Source: an uncultured bacterium
GTDB lineage: Bacteria; Verrucomicrobiota; Lentisphaeria; Victivallales; UBA1829
Assembly (NCBI GenBank): GCA_949290385.1
Contig: CASERY010000015.1
Coordinates: 1 to 24,208 of the forward strand
Direction: 5' to 3'
Length of the DNA: 24,208 nucleotides
Shown here piece by piece: positions 1 through 8,543 of this stretch (the stretch's first letter is position 1; the number at the start of each line of letters is the position of its first letter). The notes under the pieces are model-generated. The model was given only the letters and a program-made list of their open reading frames with translations, did no database searches and was not told the DNA's origin. A program made the translations under genes and the position numbers.

Positions 1-1
1 A

Positions 2-280
2 GTGATTCGCGCAAGGGAGATTCAGAACCAGCGGTTTCATGGAAAACACTGTTTCTGCAATGCTTTTATGGAGCCTGCACAGATGATTCAGCACTGTGCA
101 CTGGATGGAAAACTGCAAAACCTGATTCGCCATGCTATTACAGAATTCGGCTTAAGTGCAAGAGCTTATGACAGAATTCTCCGAGTCGCTCGTACGATAG
201 CGGATCTGGATGAAAGTGAAAATATCAGTCAGTCTCATTTGTTTGAAGCAATAAGTTTCCGCGCTCTGGACCGGCGTTAA
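2..280 (+). CDS. comM: YifB/ComM-family Mg-chelatase-like AAA+ ATPase, C-terminal fragment (5' end lies outside the window)
   Basis: The ORF runs to the left edge. The tail LSARAYDRILRVARTIADLDESENISQSHLFEAISFRALDRR matches the conserved Mg-chelatase C-terminal domain of YifB/ComM proteins. Terminal stop is TAA. Confidence 0.75.
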   Translation: MIRAREIQNQRFHGKHCFCNAFMEPAQMIQHCALDGKLQNLIRHAITEFGLSARAYDRILRVARTIADLDESENISQSHLFEAISFRALDRR

Positions 281-478
281 TATGGAATTTTCTGAAAAAA
301 AATTTAAAAAAATGGAATTTTATCGAAAAGATCTTGCATTTACTGCAGCAAACTATATTTTTTCTGAGAGAGGGATGTTTTTCACTGTAAAAACATGCAG
401 TCCTGTAAAAAAATTCCAGACCAGCTGGATATGAAAGCCAAAATCAGCCTGGGTAAAAAGGAAAGGATGGATCAATAA

Positions 479-1150
479 ATGACAATGCCGCTGATTGCTG
501 TAAACTTTGTTCAGGCATCTTTTCTGAATTTGGATCTGTTGGATATTTACTGGGTTTTTGCCATCGTGGGGACTGTATGGCTTACCATTTCCACCATTTT
601 GGCATTCTACGGTGCCGGCGACCATTCGGGGCTTGATGTAGATGTTGACATGGATGGAGATATTGATATTCCTCATGTGGATACAGGATTCCTGGACCTG
701 AAAATTTTTTCTGTACGTGCCATTCTGGCATTTTTCACCATGTTCGGATGGGGAGGAGTTGTTTTCGGGGACAGAGGATGGTCCGGATTCTTTCTGGCAT
801 TTTTCTGCGGTCTTGTGATGATGTTTCTTACAGCGCTGTGCATGGCTCTGGTGTTGAAGCTGCAGCAGAATGGAACGGTGAAAAACAGTTCTCTCAAAGG
901 AAAAACAGGCGTTGTGTATCTTTCTGTGCCGGCAGGACGGGTGGGACGGGGACTTGTAACGGTGGCTGTGAATGGTGCTTCCAAAGAGGTTTCCGTAATC
1001 AGTGATAATGCTCTGGATACAGGCACTTCTGTGGTGCTGAAAGAATATTTGGGACAGGATCTTTTTCTGGCCTGTGCAGCACCGGAACAGAAGTCTGTTG
1101 CGAAAGAATCAGGCACGGTTCAGGAAAAAGCGGAAAAGGAAGGGAATTAA
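479..1150 (+). CDS. YqiJ/NfeD-like inner membrane protein with a C-terminal OB-fold domain
   Basis: ATG follows AAGGAAAGGA. It has an N-terminal TM segment, an acidic loop (DVDVDMDGDIDIPHVD), further TM helices, and a C-terminal soluble segment (KGKTGVVYLSVPAGRVGRGLVTVAVNGASKEVSVIS) typical of the NfeD OB-fold. It sits directly upstream of a flotillin gene, as in the yqiJ-yqiK pairing. Confidence 0.7.
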   Translation: MTMPLIAVNFVQASFLNLDLLDIYWVFAIVGTVWLTISTILAFYGAGDHSGLDVDVDMDGDIDIPHVDTGFLDLKIFSVRAILAFFTMFGWGGVVFGDRGWSGFFLAFFCGLVMMFLTALCMALVLKLQQNGTVKNSSLKGKTGVVYLSVPAGRVGRGLVTVAVNGASKEVSVISDNALDTGTSVVLKEYLGQDLFLACAAPEQKSVAKESGTVQEKAEKEGN

Positions 1151-1425
1151 ACTGGAGATTCTGAGAGATAAGTCATCGAGTTCCGGAAGTGGGTCCATAT
1201 ACATTGGATAAGCAATGTAGGAGTAGAAACGGAAATCTGCGGGAAGGCGACAATCCGGGAACAGAGAAAAAAAAGTTATGCAGACAAAATAAAAAATGTC
1301 TCCAGATTTTTTCTGAGAATAGCCAAGAGTATGAGAGTAAAATAGAAAATTCAATCGTTTCTGCAGGAAAATGACTGAATAAAAATAACAGAGATATAAA
1401 ATTTTTTTAAAAAGGAGTTTGCCGA

Positions 1426-3123
1426 ATGGTAATTACAGGCTCAATCAACAGCATCACGGGAACAGCCCTTCTTTTTCTGGTGGGGATTTGCATTCTGGGA
1501 CTGATTCTGCTGGCATTTCTTGCACGGTATAAAAAATGCCCGTCCGATCAGGTTATGGTCGTGTTTGGTAAAACCGGCGGTCATAAGGCAAGCACCTGTA
1601 TCCACGGAGGCGCGAAGTTTATCTGGCCGATTATTCAGGATTACGGATTCCTTTCGCTGAGACCTGTTCAGCTGGAAGTGAATCTTCAGAATGCATTGTG
1701 CCTGCAGAATATCCGTATTAATGTCCCGTCTGTTTTCACGGTGGGTATCAGCATTGATGAAACCCTGATGGGCAATGCGGCCAACCGCCTCCTCGGCCTG
1801 CGTCAGGAAGCTATTGCAGAACTGGCAAAGGACATTATTCTGGGTCAGCTGCGTCTGGTAATTGCATCCATGACCATTGAACAGATCAATTCCGACCGCG
1901 AAACATTCCTGCACAATATTGAAGATAATGTGGCTGGTGAGCTTCAGAAGATCGGTCTCCAGCTTTTGAACGTGAATATTACCGATATTTCCGACGAAAG
2001 CGGATATATTGATGCCATCGGAAAACGTGCCGCCGCCGAAGCCATTAACAAAGCCCGTGTGGATGTGGCTGAAGAAGAGCGGAAGGGTGGAATTGGTGAA
2101 GCGGAAGCCCGGAAAGTGCAGCGTATTGCGGTTTCAAAAGCCGAAGCTGCCGCCCAGTCGGGTGAAGCGGAAGCGGAACGTGAGCGTCGTATTGCGGTGA
2201 AACAGGCCGAAGCCGCCGCCCTTTCCGGAGAGGCCGAGGCGGACAAGCAGCGTCGTATTGCGGTGAAACAGGCTGAAGCCGCTGCCCTTTCCGGAGAGGC
2301 CGAGGCGGACAAACAGCGTCGTATTGCGGTGAAACAGGCTGAAGCCGCTGCCCTTTCCGGAGAAGCTGAGGCGGACAAGCAGCGTCGTATTGCGGTGAAG
2401 CAGGCTGAAGCCGCCGCTATTGAAGGTGAAAATATTTCATCTATTGATATTGCAAAATCCAATGCGAACAGAGCGGAACAGGAAGCAGATGCCTTCCGTA
2501 TTGCTGAAATTGCTAAACGCGTGGCTGAAGCCGCTATCAAACAGGCTGACTATCAGGCGGAAATGGAAGCGCAGAAGGCTCGTGCGGGCATGGAAGAAGA
2601 ACGTCAGCGTGCAGAAACCATCGTCAAGGCAAAGATTGAAAAAGAACAGATTGTTATTTCTGCAGAAGCGGAAGCAGAACGACTTTCTGCAGAAGCTAAA
2701 GGACAGGCTGATGCCATCTATCAGAAACTGGAAGCCGAGGCAAAAGGTAATTTCGAAATTTTAAAAGCCAAGGGCGAAGGTTTTCGCGCCATTATAGAGG
2801 CATGTAATTCCGATGCTGATGCGGCAAGCAAAATGCTCCTGATTGAAAAGATGGAAGAGATTGTTAAACTGCAGACGGAAGCTATCCGCAATATCAAGAT
2901 TGACAAAGTTACCGTATGGGATTCTGCGGGTGCTGCTGATGGAAAAAGCTCCACAGCGAATTTTCTCAGCAGTATGATGCAGAGTCTGCCTCCTATCCAT
3001 GATGTGGCACAAATGGCCGGAATTGACTTGCCGGATTATTTAGGGAAGGTGGCTTCAGGAAAAAGCGGAAAGGATGCGGAAAAAACAGTGAAAGATGTTT
3101 CTGCATCTGAAAAAAATATTTAG
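1426..3123 (+). CDS. Flotillin-family SPFH/Band-7 protein (YqiK/FloT-like)
   Basis: AAGGAG lies 8 nt before the ATG. It has an N-terminal TM anchor, an SPFH core (VMVVFGK...FIWPIIQDYGFLSLRPVQLEVNLQNALCLQNIRINVPSVFTVGI), and a long Glu/Ala-rich coiled-coil flotillin tail. This is the only gene in the window ending on TAG (3121-3123). An in-frame TGA follows at 3151-3153. Confidence 0.9.
   Translation: MVITGSINSITGTALLFLVGICILGLILLAFLARYKKCPSDQVMVVFGKTGGHKASTCIHGGAKFIWPIIQDYGFLSLRPVQLEVNLQNALCLQNIRINVPSVFTVGISIDETLMGNAANRLLGLRQEAIAELAKDIILGQLRLVIASMTIEQINSDRETFLHNIEDNVAGELQKIGLQLLNVNITDISDESGYIDAIGKRAAAEAINKARVDVAEEERKGGIGEAEARKVQRIAVSKAEAAAQSGEAEAERERRIAVKQAEAAALSGEAEADKQRRIAVKQAEAAALSGEAEADKQRRIAVKQAEAAALSGEAEADKQRRIAVKQAEAAAIEGENISSIDIAKSNANRAEQEADAFRIAEIAKRVAEAAIKQADYQAEMEAQKARAGMEEERQRAETIVKAKIEKEQIVISAEAEAERLSAEAKGQADAIYQKLEAEAKGNFEILKAKGEGFRAIIEACNSDADAASKMLLIEKMEEIVKLQTEAIRNIKIDKVTVWDSAGAADGKSSTANFLSSMMQSLPPIHDVAQMAGIDLPDYLGKVASGKSGKDAEKTVKDVSASEKNI
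2119..2430 (+). repeat. In-frame 66-bp (22-aa) tandem repeat, about 4.7 copies, inside the flotillin coiled-coil region
   Basis: Unit starts fall at 2119 (degenerate), 2185, 2251, 2317 and 2383 (partial), giving an exact 66-nt period. Three copies encode identical RRIAVKQAEAAALSGEAEADKQ and differ only by synonymous changes (gcc/gct, gag/gaa, aag/aaa). Confidence 0.95.
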
Positions 3124-3208
3124 ACGGAGAAAACTGTTTCTGCAAATGCCTGAAGTCTTCTGAAAGGTTGAGCTGAGGGTATTTTTAACAGCTGGCAAAA
3201 GTTGAAGA

Positions 3209-3258
3209 AAAAGGAAGTCCGTGAGTGCTGAGAAGAGCGTACCCATGGACTTCCTTTT
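3209..3258 (+). terminator. 12-bp perfect inverted repeat downstream of flotillin; possible terminator or RNA hairpin
   Basis: AAAAGGAAGTCC (3209-3220) pairs with GGACTTCCTTTT (3247-3258). The loop is 26 nt, the stem ends in TTTT, and GTGTTTG follows. The long loop makes this a weak terminator call. Confidence 0.3.
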
Positions 3259-3555
3259 GTGTTTGCAGTGTTCCGGGAAAAAGTCTGTTTCAGAAGACGG
3301 CAATGCGTTCAGCTGTATGAATGAAAATGAAAAAGCTGTTTCCAAAGGTTGATTATTTGCTTTTTCTGCTTAATTTAATAGTACCGGCAATTTTCAGTCA
3401 TCTTCATCAGTCACGGAACAGACGTTTTTTGTGGACCGAAGAAAAAGGCATCTGTTTTTGGCAGACAGAAAAGAGACAGGAGAGATGAAGAACCGGATTG
3501 GCTGGGAAAAAAAGGATATGCTGAAGAAAAAATGAACTAAAGGAGATTTCTGAAG

Positions 3556-4263
3556 ATGAGATTCTGCAGTTCCACTGTACTTTTACTGTTGTTCGGGCTG
3601 ATGAGCGGATGTGTTTCCGAAAAACCTGTGAATATGAACTATATCATGGACTTCCAGACAGGCAACAGGACTGTGGTCAATAAAATTGAGAAAAAAAGCA
3701 GTAAAATTCCTTCTGCTTCAGGACAGTCCAGTTTCTACCGGCTGCTTGCTGAAAATGGACTCAAAGAAAAAGCCGATGGATTTTTTAAAGATGCTCCTGT
3801 GTATTCCTGTCTTTTCTGTTTTGTGGATGAGGATGGCAATACGGGATGGGGCTTCAGTCGTGAAGATACGCTGGAATGTGCAGCAGCCGCGGCTCTTTCT
3901 CTGCCGGATGAAGAGGTGAGAAAAAATCTGGCTCAACGGGCTGCAGATCTGTGGCAGACTGGAAGTGATCGTGAAATCCTGTTGTTTTATGATGAAGTTT
4001 TACGGATGAAATCTCCTTCATGCTGTCTGCTGTTTGAGCAGGAAGGCGAGAACCCTCTTTGCCCGAAAGCGGTACGGGAAGGATATAAAAGAGTGTCTCC
4101 TGAAACCGGGGATACCGAGTTTGTGCGTCATGGACTGCAAAGAGAATTTGCAGAAAACGGCATTCTTGTCAAAGAATACTATTGTGTTAATGGGGAATGT
4201 GTGGGAAATGTGCTGGTTTTTGATCCTGTTACAGGCCTTTTCCCAGCACAGGAAGAAGAATAA
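3556..4263 (+). CDS. Hypothetical lipoprotein
   Basis: AAGGAG lies upstream of the ATG. The signal peptide MRFCSSTVLLLLFGLMSGC ends in a lipobox-like MSG|C. I recognise no family for the mature part. Terminal stop is TAA. Confidence 0.6.
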   Translation: MRFCSSTVLLLLFGLMSGCVSEKPVNMNYIMDFQTGNRTVVNKIEKKSSKIPSASGQSSFYRLLAENGLKEKADGFFKDAPVYSCLFCFVDEDGNTGWGFSREDTLECAAAAALSLPDEEVRKNLAQRAADLWQTGSDREILLFYDEVLRMKSPSCCLLFEQEGENPLCPKAVREGYKRVSPETGDTEFVRHGLQREFAENGILVKEYYCVNGECVGNVLVFDPVTGLFPAQEEE

Positions 4264-4721
4264 TCCAGGAGAGAGAAACCTCTGAAGTTTTTACCATGCT
4301 GCCGGATTGACAGGTGGACAAGCTGCTTGTGGAATGGAAGAAGATTGTTACATGGTTTTTTGATGCACTTTGAAAGAATTTTCAGATTCTGTCAAATAAG
4401 CCTTGTGTGAGGACAGATATCCGATGAAAAGATTCCGGAAACGGCAGCAGAAAAAACGGTTTGGGATACATTGAATGGTCCGTGAGCCGTTTTTTTATTT
4501 TGGCCTTGATCGGGAAAATGCTGAACGGATTTCGCGTGTGTGTCTGTTTTGTCCGATTTCGTTTATCTACTGGATATGGAAAAAACTGAATGGATTTTAA
4601 ATTCATCTGATTTTCCACTCCTGGAAAAAACAGCGGAAAGGAAAACACGCTTGCAGAAAATTCTGAAAAAGAAAATCAATGAAAATATTGCTTTTTTGTC
4701 AGAAAGGAAAATCGGAAAACC

Positions 4722-6224
4722 ATGAATATGCAGAAGTCTTTAGACCGGATTAGAGAATTGACCGGTGAAATTTATGATCTCAAAGCTGCTGTAGCACTGT
4801 TGGAGTGGGATCAGGAAGTCTATATGCCGTGCAATGCCGCAGAAGGGCGTGCCAGGCAGATGGCAACTTTGGCATCTTTACTGCATGAGAAGGAAATTTC
4901 AGCGGAATATGCCGGACTGATTGAGAGTTTGAATCCCGAGTCTTTTCCTGAAGATTCTGCAGAAAGGCATCTTGTTTTAAAGCTTCAAAAAAATCTGGCC
5001 AGAAACAGGCGGATTTCGGCATCCTTAGCTGGACGGCTTGCAGGACAAGCTGCTAAAACGCAGAGTGCATGGATGGAAGCGAAGGCTTCTGCCGATTTCA
5101 GCAGGGTGGAGAAGGATCTGAAAGAACTTATTGACCTGAAAAAAGAATATGCGTCGCTGTTTCCAGAAGCAGCCTGTCCCTATGATGCTCTTCTGGATGA
5201 TTACGAAGAGGGTATGACCAGTGCATCGCTGGATCGCATATTTGAGCCGGTACGCAGGGAGCTGCCGGATATTTTAAAGGAGATTCTTGCCCGTCCGCAG
5301 CCGGATGATTCATTTGTGAAAGAGAATATTTACAGCGGTGAAGATCAGATGAAGTTCTGCCGGGATGTTGTCTCTGCCATGGGATATGACTGGTCATGCG
5401 GACGCATTGATTTTACAGAGCACCCTTTTACCACAAATTTTGGTCTTTACGATGTACGTATTACGACTAAAATTCTGGAAAAAGTCCCCTTGAGCTGCAT
5501 TTTCACCTGCATTCATGAGTGCGGACACGCACTGTATGAGCAGAATATCTGCAAAGATTTCGACCGTACACCACTGGCAGACGGGGCTTCCCTGGGTTTT
5601 CATGAATCTCAGTCAAGACTTTGGGAAAATCTGGTTGGCAGGTCTGCTGAGTTCTGGCATGCTTTTTATCCTGTGTTAAAGAAATATTTCCCAAAGCAGC
5701 TGGAAGGTATTTCGGAGAAAGCTTTTCTGAGGGCAGTTAATAATGTGAATCCGGGTGGGATGATTCGGACAGAATCGGATGAAGTCTCTTATAATCTGCA
5801 TATTTTGCTCCGTTATGATCTGGAGCGGGCTCTTTTCAATGAAGGTTTATCGGTGCGGGATCTGCCCGGATGCTGGAATGAGAAAATGAAGGAATATCTG
5901 GGAGTGAGGCCGGCAAATGATTCGGAAGGCATTCTGCAGGATGTTCACTGGTTCTGCGGACTTTTCGGTTATTTCCCAACCTATGCGCTTGGAAATTTTA
6001 TTGGCGCTGCCATGATGGAGAAAATAGACAGAGATCATCCGGAGTTCCGTCAGGAAATTTCCCGGGGGAATCTTGCCCCGTTGAAAAATTATCTTTCCGA
6101 AAAGCTGTATTGTCTGGGAGCGATGTATTCTCCGGCAGAAACCTGGAGACGCATCTGTGGAGATGAGGCTCTTTCCAGCAGGAGTTTTCTGTGTTATCTG
6201 AAACAGAAATATCTGGCGGATTGA
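4722..6224 (+). CDS. M32-family metallocarboxypeptidase (Taq-type carboxypeptidase)
   Basis: It carries the HEXXH zinc motif (IHECGHALYE), HESQSRLWEN, and IRTESDEVSYNLHILLRYDLE. All three are M32 signatures. Length is 500 aa. Confidence 0.9.
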   Translation: MNMQKSLDRIRELTGEIYDLKAAVALLEWDQEVYMPCNAAEGRARQMATLASLLHEKEISAEYAGLIESLNPESFPEDSAERHLVLKLQKNLARNRRISASLAGRLAGQAAKTQSAWMEAKASADFSRVEKDLKELIDLKKEYASLFPEAACPYDALLDDYEEGMTSASLDRIFEPVRRELPDILKEILARPQPDDSFVKENIYSGEDQMKFCRDVVSAMGYDWSCGRIDFTEHPFTTNFGLYDVRITTKILEKVPLSCIFTCIHECGHALYEQNICKDFDRTPLADGASLGFHESQSRLWENLVGRSAEFWHAFYPVLKKYFPKQLEGISEKAFLRAVNNVNPGGMIRTESDEVSYNLHILLRYDLERALFNEGLSVRDLPGCWNEKMKEYLGVRPANDSEGILQDVHWFCGLFGYFPTYALGNFIGAAMMEKIDRDHPEFRQEISRGNLAPLKNYLSEKLYCLGAMYSPAETWRRICGDEALSSRSFLCYLKQKYLAD

Positions 6225-6393
6225 AGAACGGAGAAAAGGATTTTGTCTTTTCCCGTATTGTTCCCTGAAATAAAATTTTTGGGAATGCCGGATAAGAAAA
6301 ACTTCACTTTTTAAAAAAAGAATGTATAATAGAAAGAGTTCGGCAAAATGCCGGATATTATTTCCCGCAGGTTTGAAAGAGGCTTTGAAAAAA

Positions 6394-7749
6394 ATGAATA
6401 TGCAGAAAATCAATTACGGACTGGGCCGCAGAGATATTACTCCTTCGGTGCCGGTTTCTCTGGCCGGATATTTCAATACCCGTATGTACACAAATATTCT
6501 GGACCGCATTGAATGCAGGGCTGTTGTGCTGAGGAGCGAAGGAAAACAGTTCCTCCTTCTTCAGTTCGATCTGCTTTGTGTAGATTCAGAACTTTATGAA
6601 AAGGTGCGTGAACGAATCCAGGATTTGAAAGTCTTTAAAGCAGACAATATTCTGATGACTGCCACGCATACCCATACGGCTCCGGATTATCGGAAAAGCT
6701 GTCTGGCGCGCAACCCGGATTATATGAAATTTCTTTTGGATCAGGCGGAAGCGGCTGTGCGAGAGGCAGTGAATGATTCCAGAGAAGGGACTTTCTCCAG
6801 CACAGTTACAAGCGACGGGCGTTTTCTTTTCAACCGCAGATACTGGATGAAAAATGGAAAAGTATTGACCAATCCAGGAAAGCTGAATCCGGAAATTGAT
6901 CGTCCGGAAGGGGTGACAGATCCGGAAATTCCCATGTTGGCAATCTGTAATTCCTATGGTGCAATTCAGGTGCTGTTTGCCAACATTGTCAATCACGCTG
7001 ATACGATTGGAGGAACAGAGGTTTCCGCAGACTGGCCCGGATTTTTCCGCAGATCTCTGGAAAAAGATTTCGGTCCGGAGTCCATGGTGTTTCCGCTGAT
7101 TGGAGCGAGCGGGAATATCAATCATTTTGATGTCTCCACCGAACGGAATCAGACATGTTATGAGGAAGCCAGACGTATTGGTCTTGGCTATGCGGAAACC
7201 GTTCGTTTTTCTCTGGAAACGCTTCAGAAAATGCCGTCCTTTGAGTTTAAGATCTGTGCAAAGGAATTTGATGTTGCCCCTGCTGAAGTCAGCGCGGAGG
7301 AACTTCAGGTCGCCAGAGAGACCTTGGAAAAATACAAGGATGAGCCTGATATCCGGACATTGAAAACAGATTTGACCAGTGAGGATCTGGTATCTGGAAA
7401 ACCTGCAGTTCTGAAGTATTTTGCCCAGAATCTGCTGGATATTGCAAGTCATACTGATCCTTTCAGATGCCGTCTTTGCGGATTGGATCTGGGGTCGGTG
7501 ATGATTGCTTCATTGCCTGGAGAACCTTTTACAGAAATCGGACTTGCTTTGCGCAAGAAGATTTTTAAAGATAAAATCTGCTTTGTGGTAACGCATTCCA
7601 ATGGATTAAGCGGTTATATTCCGAATGTGTGCTGTTATGGACGAGGCGGCTATGAAACGGAAGTCCGTTCAAATCCGTATGAGCATTCTTTTGCGGAAAA
7701 ACTTGAACAGGCTTGGACAGAAATGTCCAAAGAGCTGGAATTCAAATGA
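6394..7749 (+). CDS. Neutral/alkaline ceramidase-like N-terminal-domain hydrolase
   Basis: The N-terminus GLGRRDITPSVPVSLAGYF...RIECRAVVL and TATHTHTAP resemble the non-lysosomal ceramidase-like family. I chose the ATG at 6394, which is preceded by GAAAGAGG. The tracked ORF starts at 6322. Confidence 0.65.
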   Translation: MNMQKINYGLGRRDITPSVPVSLAGYFNTRMYTNILDRIECRAVVLRSEGKQFLLLQFDLLCVDSELYEKVRERIQDLKVFKADNILMTATHTHTAPDYRKSCLARNPDYMKFLLDQAEAAVREAVNDSREGTFSSTVTSDGRFLFNRRYWMKNGKVLTNPGKLNPEIDRPEGVTDPEIPMLAICNSYGAIQVLFANIVNHADTIGGTEVSADWPGFFRRSLEKDFGPESMVFPLIGASGNINHFDVSTERNQTCYEEARRIGLGYAETVRFSLETLQKMPSFEFKICAKEFDVAPAEVSAEELQVARETLEKYKDEPDIRTLKTDLTSEDLVSGKPAVLKYFAQNLLDIASHTDPFRCRLCGLDLGSVMIASLPGEPFTEIGLALRKKIFKDKICFVVTHSNGLSGYIPNVCCYGRGGYETEVRSNPYEHSFAEKLEQAWTEMSKELEFK

Positions 7750-7809
7750 GATTTTTCAGAGAAAGAAGTAATTTCCGGAAAAAGTTCATAAATTTGTAAG
7801 ATTTTTTCA

Positions 7810-7845
7810 GGCCTGCATGATTTTTTCATGCAGGCCGTTTTTTTC
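7810..7845 (+). terminator. Rho-independent terminator after the ceramidase-like gene
   Basis: GGCCTGCATGA (7810-7820) pairs perfectly with TCATGCAGGCC (7826-7836) around a 5-nt loop. GTTTTTTT follows. Confidence 0.8.
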
Positions 7846-7947
7846 AAATGAAAAGGGAAGAGACACCACAAGTTTTTAAAAATATCGTTTTATTGATTTA
7901 AAGGACTGTCTGGAGCGTATAAAAGAGAATTTTTTTATTTTTCACTC

Positions 7948-7975
7948 TTGCATTTGACTCCGCAGACAGTATATT
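7948..7975 (+). promoter_or_regulatory. Candidate sigma-70 promoter for tRNA-Pro
   Basis: TTGCAT (7948-7953), a 16-nt spacer, then TATATT (7970-7975). An A/T-rich tract lies upstream, and the site is about 30 nt before the tRNA 5' end. Confidence 0.4.
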
Positions 7976-8005
7976 AAACACATATCTTGAAAAGATTGTT
8001 TTTTA

Positions 8006-8084
8006 CGGGGCATCGCTCAGTCTGGTTTAGAGCGCTTGGTTCGGGACTAAGAGGTCGCTGGTTCGAGTCCAGTTGCCCCGACCA
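8006..8084 (+). tRNA. tRNA-Pro (anticodon CGG), CCA encoded
   Basis: I folded the cloverleaf by hand. The acceptor is CGGGGCA/TGCCCCG, and the D arm is GCTC-AGTCTGGTTTA-GAGC. The anticodon arm is CTTGG-TT[CGG]GA-CTAAG, with U33 and G37. The T arm is GCTGG-TTCGAGT-CCAGT, followed by discriminator A and CCA. Confidence 0.9.
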
Positions 8085-8100
8085 TTTATTTAGAGTGTAT

Positions 8101-8148
8101 ACGGAATTTAAACACGGCCTTTGAGTCTTGTTAAAATTCCGTTTTTTT
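8101..8148 (+). terminator. Terminator-like hairpin after tRNA-Pro
   Basis: ACGGAATTT (8101-8109) pairs with AAATTCCGT (8134-8142). A run of T follows to 8148. The loop is long (24 nt). Confidence 0.5.
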
Positions 8149-8543
8149 ATTTTCCCGCTGAAACAGGCTGAAAACTCCATTGCAGGACAGAATTGATTGG
8201 AGTCTTTTTTCAAGGCAGACAGAGAATTAGTTTTTCTGCTCACGTCCAAGGATTACAGAATTATCAAACAGTTGTACCTGGCTTTTGTAATCGCATTTAG
8301 CCAAAATTTGCGTTCAAAACTATCCAAGGATGATAGATTATGCTGTTTACGGTGTGAATGGATGCCTGGGGTTGTAAAATTCAATGAATTTATACGACCG
8401 ATTTTTCCCAACCCCAGCTGTGTCTTGTAATCTCTAATTTAATGGGTATTTTATACCAAGTTAAGTTGTCCAGTTTTCAGTCCGGGACAACCTGCAATCA
8501 AAAATCTGCCTCCCTTTTTTGGAAAAATCACGCACAATTTAGA

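Noticed and set aside
2119-2430. Regular repeats considered as a CRISPR array
   Set aside because: The units abut with no spacers and keep the reading frame of a flotillin coiled coil. There are no cas genes. This is a protein-coding tandem repeat.
1944-2540. 198-aa minus-strand ORF, Ala/Ser/Arg-rich with an internal repeat
   Set aside because: It is the antisense shadow of the flotillin Glu/Ala repeat region. Its repeat mirrors the 66-bp unit, and it has no RBS and no family resemblance.
5847-6413. 188-aa minus-strand ORF spanning the M32 3' end and the intergenic region
   Set aside because: It overlaps the well-supported M32 gene in antisense, and its sequence is low-complexity and Phe/Ile/Lys-rich.
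6586-7452. 288-aa minus-strand ORF
   Set aside because: It is antisense to the ceramidase-like gene and has no motif support.
7974-8249. 91-aa minus-strand ORF
   Set aside because: It overlaps tRNA-Pro in antisense, so the tRNA call explains the region.
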